Below are positions 9,877 through 18,583 of a stretch of 60,812 bases of DNA, in pieces; the stretch's first letter is position 1; each line of letters opens with the position of its first letter. The notes under the pieces were generated by a model. The model did not search any database. It was not told the origin of the DNA and saw nothing but the letters and a program-made list of their open reading frames with translations. A program made the position numbers and the translations under genes. Source of the stretch: Candidatus Thorarchaeota archaeon (GTDB lineage Archaea; Asgardarchaeota; Thorarchaeia; Thorarchaeales; Thorarchaeaceae); the NCBI GenBank assembly GCA_016839275.1, contig JAEOUM010000177.1, positions 1-60,812 on the forward strand, in the 5' to 3' direction.

Positions 9877-10650
9877 TTATGTTTCAAAGACTCTATCAAT
9901 GGACGCAATAGTTGCCTGTACTGTCTTTTCTATAGCTTCAATTATGAGTGGATCTTGTTCTCCTGTCTGTTCGGTTTCATCTTTCTGCTCTCCCTTTTGA
10001 GCACCATGAAGATTACCATCACAAGACAGAATCGATGCGGCATCTAAACCTCGGGTCTGCGCAAAAGTGAATACAAGTGAACTCTCCATCTCCACGCATT
10101 TGACCTTTGCACGAGTCCACAAATCCAACTTGTCATAGATTGGATTTGCGTAGTAAATGTCGGTTGTCAAGCATATTCCAGTATGTACACGATTTGAGGG
10201 AAGGAGCTTGGAAACCTCATCAAAAAGAGCTGTAAACCAAATCGGTGATGCCACAGCAGGATACTCAATGGGGGCATAGTTCAGACTAGCTCGTTCATCT
10301 CTGACACAACCAGTGGGAACGACTACATTGCCTGTTATGACTGATGGATCTATTCCACCACAACTACCAAGCCGGATTATCACTTTTGCATCAAGCTTTG
10401 CAAGTTCTTCTATACAGATATGAGTCGATGCCACTCCCATCCCAGTACCGGAAATCGTGACAGGGTTGCCCTTCGCGGTATAGGCATGGTATGTCACCAA
10501 ACCTCTATATCGGGCACGTTCTTCAGGATCTTTCATCTTTGATGCAATCTTAGGTACTCTATCGGGATTGCCAGTAATAATGACGACCTTCTCTACATCG
10601 CCTTCTCCAACTCTTAGATGCGGTTGAACTCTGATCTTCAAGGGATTCAC
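9877..10650 (-). CDS. Nucleoside (uridine/purine) phosphorylase, NP-I family
   Basis: Motifs QPHL, TGNPDRV, GTGMG, RLGSCGG, RDE and VEMESS. Confidence 0.9.
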   Translation of the reverse strand: MNPLKIRVQPHLRVGEGDVEKVVIITGNPDRVPKIASKMKDPEERARYRGLVTYHAYTAKGNPVTISGTGMGVASTHICIEELAKLDAKVIIRLGSCGGIDPSVITGNVVVPTGCVRDERASLNYAPIEYPAVASPIWFTALFDEVSKLLPSNRVHTGICLTTDIYYANPIYDKLDLWTRAKVKCVEMESSLVFTFAQTRGLDAASILSCDGNLHGAQKGEQKDETEQTGEQDPLIIEAIEKTVQATIASIDRVFET

Positions 10651-10704
10651 CAGTGCCTTTGAGTTTCCTACACTTACTTTTCACTCTTCGGTTTTTGTAG
10701 TTTT

Positions 10705-10902
10705 TCACTTGCAAGCTACTGCTTGAATCCGTTGTAAGACGCAGCTGACACAGACCCACTCGCTACTGATAAAAAAGGACTTGCCAAATCGGGGAGTTGT
10801 GGTACCACAGCTATCACACCGATTGTGACTAGTCGAATAGTTCTCACTAAGAAATACAAGTAGAAGGGATAATAGCTTGATATCAGACTGTTCAATCAGC
10901 AT
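10705..10902 (-). CDS. Small zinc-finger protein, hypothetical
   Basis: CDSC...CVSC pair; co-directional with the downstream operon. Confidence 0.5.
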   Translation of the reverse strand: MLIEQSDIKLLSLLLVFLSENYSTSHNRCDSCGTTTPRFGKSFFISSEWVCVSCVLQRIQAVACK

Positions 10903-11032
10903 TAATGGACACTTCCTAAATATAATCCTCGATGCCCCTTATTAGGTCCCCAACTATTGATATTCATCGAAAAATTACAGTAGTGCAACAAAGAGATTTA
11001 TTGTACGACATGGGTGCGGTAATTGATTCCGT

Positions 11033-11410
11033 ATGAGTGAAAACGTCAACTTCGAATACTACTGCTATAGATGTGGTACTAAGAATCAGTGTTTACTACC
11101 ATGCCCAAATGCTCCAGATTATCATTATTCAAATCTGCAATGTAAAAATTGTGGGGATGGTACAAGAGTTATCCTAAGCCATTGTCCAAGTTGCTCACGA
11201 TTCATTTACTGGATTGATGATATATCAATCCCAGACCTTGTGATAGGATTCGCAAAATACATGGTTCATAGCATGCAGACGATGATTGACAAAGCTGCTT
11301 TACAGGGTGCAGTCATAGAAATAGATACACCTGACAAATATCCGATTAATGCCAGCTGTCCATGCGGAGAACGTTTCGCAGTAGAAATTACTATTCCCGA
11401 TTTAGATTAA
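11033..11410 (+). CDS. Cys-rich, probably zinc-binding hypothetical protein
   Basis: CYRC, CKNC, CPSC and CPC motifs in 125 aa. Confidence 0.7.
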   Translation: MSENVNFEYYCYRCGTKNQCLLPCPNAPDYHYSNLQCKNCGDGTRVILSHCPSCSRFIYWIDDISIPDLVIGFAKYMVHSMQTMIDKAALQGAVIEIDTPDKYPINASCPCGERFAVEITIPDLD

Positions 11411-11474
11411 TAATCAATGATGAGCTGGTAACATCCACAAGTAGCTAGAAGCTGAAGAGAGTAGATGTGTCGAC

Positions 11475-12137
11475 TCAACTAGTATTTTCATGGGTCCATT
11501 TGCATACTCCCTGAAGAGGACAGATGTTGCATCGAGGGGACTTTCTAAGACAGATTAACGCCACTAAATCAATGATGCCCCAGTAAAAAGCCCTATTTTG
11601 ATTTCCTAAGTTAAAAGACCCCATGAAGTCCCATGCTCGTTGGTCGTTAGGACCAGTAAACGTTAATCCAAACACTCGAAACATCAAATGGATTGTATTG
11701 CCATCAACAAGTGGCATAGGAATATGATATGCAAAATTCAGAACAGCAGATGCTACATACCTACCAACGCCAGGAAGGATTGTCAATTCTTCAAAGGCTT
11801 GCGGAATTGAGCTGTTGAATCCCTCTATTATACTGAGAGCAGTATTTTGGAGATGCTGAGCCCTCACATTCTGGAGCCCAAGTGTGTGAATCATGGATGC
11901 AATGGTTCTAATGTTTGCTCTGGCAAGCTGTTCTGGCTGTTTGAATTGCTTCATAAAATCAGGATAAATCCGAGAAACAGCAGTAGCTGTGGTTCGACGT
12001 AGGAGCATCTCAGCTATCAGCACATGATAAGGATCTGTAGTAGACCTCCAAGGGAAATCTCGACCATTTGTATTGAACCATTCGACAATAGAATTTCGTA
12101 CTGCTCTCTGTACTGCATCAGTAGAGAAATTCTTCAT
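11475..12137 (-). CDS. HhH-GPD DNA glycosylase with 4Fe-4S cluster, MIG (T:G mismatch)/MutY-like
   Basis: RDFPWR, EMLLRRTTA (MIG-like, rather than the MutY EVMLQQT), LPGVGRYVA, VDGN and a C-x6-C-x2-C-x5-C cluster. Confidence 0.85.
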   Translation of the reverse strand: MKNFSTDAVQRAVRNSIVEWFNTNGRDFPWRSTTDPYHVLIAEMLLRRTTATAVSRIYPDFMKQFKQPEQLARANIRTIASMIHTLGLQNVRAQHLQNTALSIIEGFNSSIPQAFEELTILPGVGRYVASAVLNFAYHIPMPLVDGNTIHLMFRVFGLTFTGPNDQRAWDFMGSFNLGNQNRAFYWGIIDLVALICLRKSPRCNICPLQGVCKWTHENTS

Positions 12138-12147
12138 TCACATATCC

Positions 12148-12699
12148 TCAAGTGCTTTCGAGTTTTTTTCTTATCACATCTAAAATCTCTGAAGGATTTG
12201 ATAGAACTGTAACTCCGTTCATACTCCGCAGCCTATCTACATTCTCCAATTCAATGCTACGCGGTCTGATAGTGAATTTTATTCCATCGGGTCCCATTGT
12301 TTCGACAGGATTCTTTGATTGATCTACAGGGTATACATAAACAGGCGTACTTCCCTTGAGAGTCTGAGCTACAGCATTTGTAATCAATGTATCAGCAATA
12401 CCATGAGCAATTTTAGCCGTCGAATTACCAGTGAGAGGCGCAACAAATAGTAGGTCATACTTGCCAATCTGAAGAGGTCCAGCAATGAAAGGCACATTGG
12501 CATTGGTTTCAGTCGAAATCTTGTCAAAAGATGCTTTTAGACGGCCCCAAAGCTTATACCATCTAAATACCTGCTCTCCAGCCTTCGAAACAATTACTGA
12601 GATCTTTAGACCATCTTGTTCTTTGAGTTGTATCATGGTTTCTAGAATCTCATTGATTCTATCACCGGAGCCTGTTATTCCCCATACCATTCGTATCAC
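12148..12699 (-). CDS. afpA: Archaeoflavoprotein AfpA family flavoprotein
   Basis: Motifs WGITGSGD, VSKAGEQV, GKYD..APLTGNSTAKIAHGIADTLITNA and PVD. Start placed at GTG 12699; the ORF is open to 12753. Confidence 0.8.
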   Translation of the reverse strand: MIRMVWGITGSGDRINEILETMIQLKEQDGLKISVIVSKAGEQVFRWYKLWGRLKASFDKISTETNANVPFIAGPLQIGKYDLLFVAPLTGNSTAKIAHGIADTLITNAVAQTLKGSTPVYVYPVDQSKNPVETMGPDGIKFTIRPRSIELENVDRLRSMNGVTVLSNPSEILDVIRKKLEST

Positions 12700-12814
12700 T
12701 GTTATCGTTGTTTGCTTGTTACATTTACAGAAATATCTATGCGTGTTTTGCAACCGTCGAATACTTCAAAGAGCAAACGGATATAGTGAGAGAGATTAGA
12801 GAGAGGTTACTACA

Positions 12815-13807
12815 ATGTACAGAGCGAGTGTTGGCATAACTACGAGTATGGAGTTGAGTGCTACAAATTGGATAGGACATAATGCAGATTCACTAGGAGT
12901 AGAAGGAATATGGGTAGGAGAAGATATTGGTCTAGGACAAGAGACTTCCATTCTCACCGCATCGCTGTTAGAGAATACATCAAGAGCAAGAGTTGGAACG
13001 GGCATCATACCTATTTCAGTTCATAATCTCTCAACGATTGCTAGAACCGCTCTCACACTGCAGGAGCTTGGAAATGGAAGATTTATTCTTGGGATAGGAC
13101 TAGGGGGAATTCAGGACTTACAGAGATTAGGAAGGCAGGTGGAAAGACCTGTTAGTGCACTACGGGATGCAACTCTATCTCTGAAGCGCCTATTCAATTC
13201 TGAGTCTGTGACAGTGGAATCTGAGCTCTTCAATCTTACAGACTACAGTTTACGAATCAGTCAACCAATTGACATTCCAATATTCTTTGGGGTTCGTGGA
13301 CCTCAGATGTTGAAACTTGCTGGGAAAATAGCAGACGGAGTCATCCTCTCAGGGCCAGGAGAGTACTTGCGATACGCAATAGACACTATTGACAAGATTG
13401 CATTTGAGAGAGAGAAAAATAAGAGAGAGATTGAGAAAGTAGTCTGGCTACCAACGATTCCAACGTTTAAGGGAGGAAGTGAGAAGCTAGCTAGACAGGT
13501 TGTCGCCTTGGTAGTTGCAGACACACCAGAGCAGGTATTAGAAATGTTGGATATAAATCGAGAACGCGCTGACAAAATACGTGAAGTCGTTGCATCCTCG
13601 GGACCAAAAGCAGGCGCTGAACTCATTGATCAGCAGTTTATCGATACTTTTGCCATTTCTGGAACAAAGGAACATATGGTTGACAGATTTGAAGAAATAC
13701 ATAATCTAGGTGCAACAGAAATAGTTCTTGGACCTCCATTTAGTGGAGAATGGAAACAGGCAATGATCGACATCTTCAAGGAAATACATCAGAGGAGGGA
13801 CCTATGA
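12815..13807 (+). CDS. LLM-class (Mer-like, probably F420-dependent) oxidoreductase
   Basis: GIWVGED, VGTGIIP, GRFILGIG and IPIFFGVRGPQMLKLAGKIADGVIL. Confidence 0.88.
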   Translation: MYRASVGITTSMELSATNWIGHNADSLGVEGIWVGEDIGLGQETSILTASLLENTSRARVGTGIIPISVHNLSTIARTALTLQELGNGRFILGIGLGGIQDLQRLGRQVERPVSALRDATLSLKRLFNSESVTVESELFNLTDYSLRISQPIDIPIFFGVRGPQMLKLAGKIADGVILSGPGEYLRYAIDTIDKIAFEREKNKREIEKVVWLPTIPTFKGGSEKLARQVVALVVADTPEQVLEMLDINRERADKIREVVASSGPKAGAELIDQQFIDTFAISGTKEHMVDRFEEIHNLGATEIVLGPPFSGEWKQAMIDIFKEIHQRRDL

Positions 13808-14736
13808 TCCAGTGGGGAATAGCCATCAATCTCAGAGAGTCGGTCTCCGAAATTGTGGAGAAGGCTATAGTTGCAGATAGTGGTGGTATGGACTCCATCT
13901 GGATAATTGACTATCCAGCAGTTAGGTTATCACCCATTTTAGCCTCAGTGATAGCTCAAAGGACTAAACAATGTAGAATTGGTGTAGGTCTTCTGAGTCC
14001 GTTAGTCTATCCACCAAAACAAATAGTGCAATACATGTCTACCCTGATAAAACAGCATGGTAACAGATTTGATCTAATGATAGGTCCTGGTGACAGGGCG
14101 AGGTTAGCTGATATTGGTGTCAAATACGGAAGGAGTGCAAAAATTGTAAGTAGAATGGCAGAGTCACTGGAAAGAATTCGAGAGGGGTTGACTGTTTATC
14201 AGGGTTGTCGTATATTCTTGGGGGCGCAAGGTGCGAAGATGATAGAAACCTCTAGAAACTCCGACGGAGTGCTTCTGAATTACTCGGATTCTGAGATGAT
14301 AAGATGGGCAACAGAAACATTGGGAGACATTCCGGATACATTCGGGATTGGTGTTTTTCCCCCATCATTAGTTGGAAACTCGGTGCATTGTAGTAAACAA
14401 CTTAGTATTCGAACCGCTGCAGGAATTGTAGCACTAGGAGTGAGTCCATCGATAAGGACCCGTTTTAATCTAGACGAAAAACTTCAACCTGCACTATCGC
14501 TGCTGAGGGCGAGAGGCAAAATTGATGAGAATGTGATCAATTTAATTGATCAAAGTGTCATTGACAAGTTCTGTGTTTGCGGAACACAAAAGAGTGTTTG
14601 TAATCGAGTAAAACTGCTTGCAGAGCTAGGAGTGACAATAGTAGTCTTTGGCCCTCCACAAGGAGCGACTATTGATGGTGTGAAACAATTAGTCCAAGCA
14701 AAGAGAGTCTGTGAACAATCAGATACTAACTCTTAG
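13804..14736 (+). CDS. Second, more divergent LLM-class oxidoreductase
   Basis: DSIWIID, RIGVGLLSP, IFLGAQGAKM..SDGVLLN and VVFGPPQG. ATGA overlap with the upstream stop supports a start at 13804. Confidence 0.85.
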   Translation: MIQWGIAINLRESVSEIVEKAIVADSGGMDSIWIIDYPAVRLSPILASVIAQRTKQCRIGVGLLSPLVYPPKQIVQYMSTLIKQHGNRFDLMIGPGDRARLADIGVKYGRSAKIVSRMAESLERIREGLTVYQGCRIFLGAQGAKMIETSRNSDGVLLNYSDSEMIRWATETLGDIPDTFGIGVFPPSLVGNSVHCSKQLSIRTAAGIVALGVSPSIRTRFNLDEKLQPALSLLRARGKIDENVINLIDQSVIDKFCVCGTQKSVCNRVKLLAELGVTIVVFGPPQGATIDGVKQLVQAKRVCEQSDTNS

Positions 14737-16199
14737 TAATCAATGTAGTTACCAATATCCAGATTTTCTAATTTGATTGACCAATGTCCATCGATATATT
14801 GTAGATTTCTAGTCAGGTCGAGCATTGACTTTGATCCACAAGGAGAAATTGTCATGATTGGTTGGACCGAATTCACTCCGGGTTTTTGTTCCAGCGCTCG
14901 AAAAAGTTGATAATACTCCACTTGATGGTTTTCTGGAATCATTGCCCAAACAGTTATTCCTCTTGTTGATAGGTAGTACATAACCCAAGGGAACTTCTTG
15001 ATTGTTGACAGTATGCGGGATTTCCAATAATCATTGCAGATAATTTCAAAACAAAAATTCGACGATAGTTTTGGAATCAGAAATGACAAGTAAGGAAGTG
15101 TTAGACAGTGACTCTGGAGCTTGCGAGTGATGGTTGATATTTTCTTAGGATCAATATTCATTCCGCGCATCCTGAGGTTTTCGCTAAGTTTGCTGGGGGG
15201 TGCCCTGGCATCTAACTGCATTCCAGCAGCAATTATGAAATCCTCTTTGCTGAGTCCCAGTTTTGTATCAGTGGAATTGAGAAGTGGGGGGTAATCCTCG
15301 GAATCAGTAATTTCATCTAATTTCAACATATTCTCTAGGCTTTCAGGTAAATCCCATGAATCGTTATGAAACAGAGCAATGTCTGATGTAGCTCCTGATT
15401 GAGTTTGAATATGTATACTGGAGTAATCAAAGAGCGATTTTGCAGCTCCTTTTATTGATTGAATGAAGTATGATATGGATTCCTTATAATTGGGAATTAG
15501 GAATGTCGCATATCCAACATCAGTCATTGCAGTTCTGAGGATGCTCTTTGTGAACGGAAATATAGTCAAACCGTGCTCGATTGGTTCCCATTCTATGCCC
15601 TTCTGAAGAGCAAAGAACATCATTACTGATTGAAGATTGAATGCGCCATAATCGACTAAACAAGACACTCTAAGACTATTTCTCTCCTGAAGTCGTTGTA
15701 GAGATCGGGCGATAGTTCGAGGAGCCAAGTTGATGAGTTTAGAAGCATTAATGAGTGAGATTGATGGAGTTTTGCAGAGGACAGAAAGAACTGCCAAATC
15801 AGTTTCACTAAGTGGAGCATCTTCAACCAAGAAAACAAAATTGTATGCAGACCTTAGTGCACTCACAGAGAAGAGATTGAATTTTTTCAGGGTCTGAAGA
15901 TTCTCGAGCATCTTTACTCTAAATCGTTCATTTATTGGAACTAGAGTTGGATTAGTTGGCGAAATAGTGTATTCAGGATTTTCTTTTAACCTATCAACTG
16001 CTCTGAGTGCATTTTCCATGGTAATCGAACCAGCACAGAGACCCAGGTATATTTTCATAGCATCAAGGTAGAATTGGACAGCAGGTTCGGCAACTTGAGG
16101 GATTAAATCATCATATGGTGTTTCTACTGAAATATGATATGGACTAGAATCACGATTTGCATCCTTTGTTCCTGAATGAGTTTTGTCCAATCTTTTCAA
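14733..16199 (-). CDS. Large Lrp/AsnC-like winged-helix regulator with an N-terminal extension and two HTH-ferredoxin-like modules
   Basis: wHTH segment LSETDLAVLSVL..PSISLINASKLINLAPRTIARSLQRL; second module LSKEDF...DARAPPSKLSENL...ISTITRKL. Confidence 0.7.
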   Translation of the reverse strand: MKRLDKTHSGTKDANRDSSPYHISVETPYDDLIPQVAEPAVQFYLDAMKIYLGLCAGSITMENALRAVDRLKENPEYTISPTNPTLVPINERFRVKMLENLQTLKKFNLFSVSALRSAYNFVFLVEDAPLSETDLAVLSVLCKTPSISLINASKLINLAPRTIARSLQRLQERNSLRVSCLVDYGAFNLQSVMMFFALQKGIEWEPIEHGLTIFPFTKSILRTAMTDVGYATFLIPNYKESISYFIQSIKGAAKSLFDYSSIHIQTQSGATSDIALFHNDSWDLPESLENMLKLDEITDSEDYPPLLNSTDTKLGLSKEDFIIAAGMQLDARAPPSKLSENLRMRGMNIDPKKISTITRKLQSHCLTLPYLSFLIPKLSSNFCFEIICNDYWKSRILSTIKKFPWVMYYLSTRGITVWAMIPENHQVEYYQLFRALEQKPGVNSVQPIMTISPCGSKSMLDLTRNLQYIDGHWSIKLENLDIGNYIDY

Positions 16200-16211
16200 C
16201 GCCGGATGATT

Positions 16212-17285
16212 TCATCCAGAGGGCGTGCGTGATGCCAAGTAAGACACCACACTCTCAAGTCGAGCTGCTTTCTCGTGTTGGTCGGCTATAAATGTACATG
16301 TTTCTGATGAAATACCAGCAAGACCTGACATCACATGAGAGAGAGGTAGCCATTTGATATTATCGGGAACCTCCAAGTCGAGAAGTGTGAAACCGGGACC
16401 GGATATGACACGTGCTTTCGGGAAGGTTCCAGCTTGAGCATGAAGGAGGTGAGACAACGTAGATTCTACGTGAAGTTCATTTCGAGTGGCAACCATTATA
16501 CGTTGATTCAGGCCTATGTTATTGATATCAACATACGGGCGTGCGAGCATCTTCCTTGTTCGAGATATTCTCCTCCGAAGTGTGCGACCTGAATCAGATT
16601 TGAGTCCTAACTCGGTGCACAATGATTTTAATCTAGTAGCAGGGGCATGGTAATCACTTTCAATCGCTGCTGCAACAATCAAATCATTTACAACAGGTTT
16701 ACTTGGTGTACTCTGTTCAACAGTACCCACTGCAGGAAGAATATCTACATACCCCCTTGCAGCTCCAATTGAGGCTTCCAACCGAAAGGTTTCAGGAAAG
16801 GTCCAATTGGTTCCATCGAACAATCCCAGATTCAAATGATGAGAAACCTTCAGACATTTACTGGTATAGATTGTGAGGGAGTAGGGTTTCTTACGAAATC
16901 GTTCAATTTGATTTTGAAACCAACTATATTGACTATCCAAAGGATAAAGCGCTTCAAAATAGACAAGTGAGTCAAAAGTTGAAGAAATCTGTGACTTTAG
17001 TGCCAAAGTAACCAACTTGCTAGATTTAAGCCATCGATGGAACTTTTCTAGAACGTCTGATGCCTCATTAGTGATTGCCCATCCAAAAACCATCTGGAGT
17101 CCAAGTTTTCCATAATCGAAATTTCCTCTAATTCTTAGCCCGTTCTCATACTCCAGTTTTTTCCAAATCTGGTTTACTGCAGATCGAGTCACTTGCAGTT
17201 CTTTTGCTAGCCCTGCCTGACGCAATGATGGATCAATCACTAACCGACTGAGCAATCGAAGCTCGCTAGGACCCAGTGTCCGCAT
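16212..17285 (-). CDS. Lrp/AsnC-like winged-helix regulator with two modules
   Basis: N-terminal HTH ELRLLSRL..DPSLRQAGLAKELQVTRSAVNQIWKKL, the Lrp-type linker DYGKLGL, and a second HTH-like segment SGRTLRRRI. Confidence 0.72.
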   Translation of the reverse strand: MRTLGPSELRLLSRLVIDPSLRQAGLAKELQVTRSAVNQIWKKLEYENGLRIRGNFDYGKLGLQMVFGWAITNEASDVLEKFHRWLKSSKLVTLALKSQISSTFDSLVYFEALYPLDSQYSWFQNQIERFRKKPYSLTIYTSKCLKVSHHLNLGLFDGTNWTFPETFRLEASIGAARGYVDILPAVGTVEQSTPSKPVVNDLIVAAAIESDYHAPATRLKSLCTELGLKSDSGRTLRRRISRTRKMLARPYVDINNIGLNQRIMVATRNELHVESTLSHLLHAQAGTFPKARVISGPGFTLLDLEVPDNIKWLPLSHVMSGLAGISSETCTFIADQHEKAARLESVVSYLASRTPSG

Positions 17286-17683
17286 AATACCTCACCAGAT
17301 ACCTACGTAATATGGCCAGATGTTAAGTTAAGAATGTATTGTAAGACCATTTTATGATACCCTTGTAATATCTAGATAGTACGTTCTGTTTTTTCGAAAA
17401 TGATGGGTCCTTCTAATGGCATCTAGAGTCCATTCTAGTAAATCTCTCCGCACACCACTCCCTTATTATGCTAGATTTGGTTGTATAGTCTTGGATTCAC
17501 ACTGCAGACTGAGCTCATAGGTTAGGTGATACTGGCCTAATTAGATCAGACCATCTTGCCTATCTAGTCAGAGGCAGGCGGCCGGCTATGACACATAAGG
17601 TCAATCAGGTCGCACAGGCTAGAGTGAAAGTCAGTGTATCCGCCATACCAGATAATGCCCAGCAATAAAAGGAGGTGAAAGCG

Positions 17684-17821
17684 ATTAGCACAGACAGGAT
17701 ACGAACTCTCTACGAGAGCATGACTAAGAATCGTGCTGCATTGGAGTTACTATCAATTGGTGTCGTGCGCGGTATCTCAACCGTTGTTCAACCACCGTGC
17801 GAAGATCCAAGCCCATTCTAG
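17684..17821 (+). CDS. Putative 45-aa microprotein (I/M)STDRIRTLYESMTKNRAALELLSIGVVRGISTVVQPPCEDPSPF
   Basis: A perfect GGAGGTGA at 17671-17678 lies 5 nt before ATT 17684. An in-frame GTG at 17675 and a downstream ATG are alternative starts. Confidence 0.45.
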   Translation: MSTDRIRTLYESMTKNRAALELLSIGVVRGISTVVQPPCEDPSPF

Positions 17822-18120
17822 TGGACACTAGATTTGGCAAATGGATATTCACACTTAGGTGAGTGAACTACGCTTGAAGATTCTTCGTTGCTGGACATTG
17901 GTTGGTATGGGATTCTTAGCCATTCTCTGCAGTGACAGAGTTCAATGAGAAACTAACAACAGAGAAACTGGCGATAGGGTCCCAGTATGGCTTCTACAAA
18001 GCCAGAGAAGGAGTCTACCGCCAACCAAACATAAAATCGAAAGAGAACATGAAAATTGGAGAGAACCAGAATGAACATGAAACCCGGCGATGAATTACCA
18101 GAACCTTGGTAAAATCATGA

Positions 18121-18139
18121 ATACGGGGCAATCCCGTAT
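18121..18139 (+). other. Perfect 7-bp hairpin followed by an A-tract, in the leader of the 82-aa gene
   Basis: ATACGGG-GCAAT-CCCGTAT followed by AGAAAAAAAAAGGAG. Confidence 0.5.
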
Positions 18140-18165
18140 AGAAAAAAAAAGGAGAAAAGAAACAA

Positions 18166-18414
18166 ATGATAACTGAAAGAATCGAGCCAGTACTTGGAAA
18201 CATTCTGACTTCCGAAACAGGCCGCGAAGTGGACCCGTTTACTGACCCAGAGGTTGTAAGATTGACTGCAATCAACCTTGAACTAGCAGTCAGGAACCTT
18301 ATGACAGCACACGCTCCACCAGAATGCCTAGTAATCACAGCTGACATATGCACCCACAAACTCATGGCTATTCCCACTGCTGATGGGGAGGTCAAGGTGC
18401 TTGTGTTCGATTAG
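18166..18414 (+). CDS. Small hypothetical protein (82 aa)
   Basis: AAGGAG site upstream and a natural-looking globular sequence. Confidence 0.75.
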   Translation: MITERIEPVLGNILTSETGREVDPFTDPEVVRLTAINLELAVRNLMTAHAPPECLVITADICTHKLMAIPTADGEVKVLVFD

Positions 18415-18583
18415 TGATTCATTGGAAGTCAAGAAGAAGATAAATTCCACATTCGAGAACTATGGTTCCTCGAAAAGTGGAGATTAGACGAGAATAGGAA
18501 AGGAGTCTAAATAGTTCCGAACAAACACCTAGCTATCGTGAATCCAAGACCCCCAAAGACTTGGAATCCCCCGGCTTAGGTCA

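Noticed and set aside
17859-18093. Overlapping 30-55 aa plus-strand frames, including a TGA read-through option
   Set aside because: No strong ribosome-binding site or motif, and the frames are mutually exclusive.
18490-18579. Pro-rich frame (I)VPNKHLAIVNPRPPKTWNPPA and small stems
   Set aside because: It needs an ATA start and has no supporting paralog.
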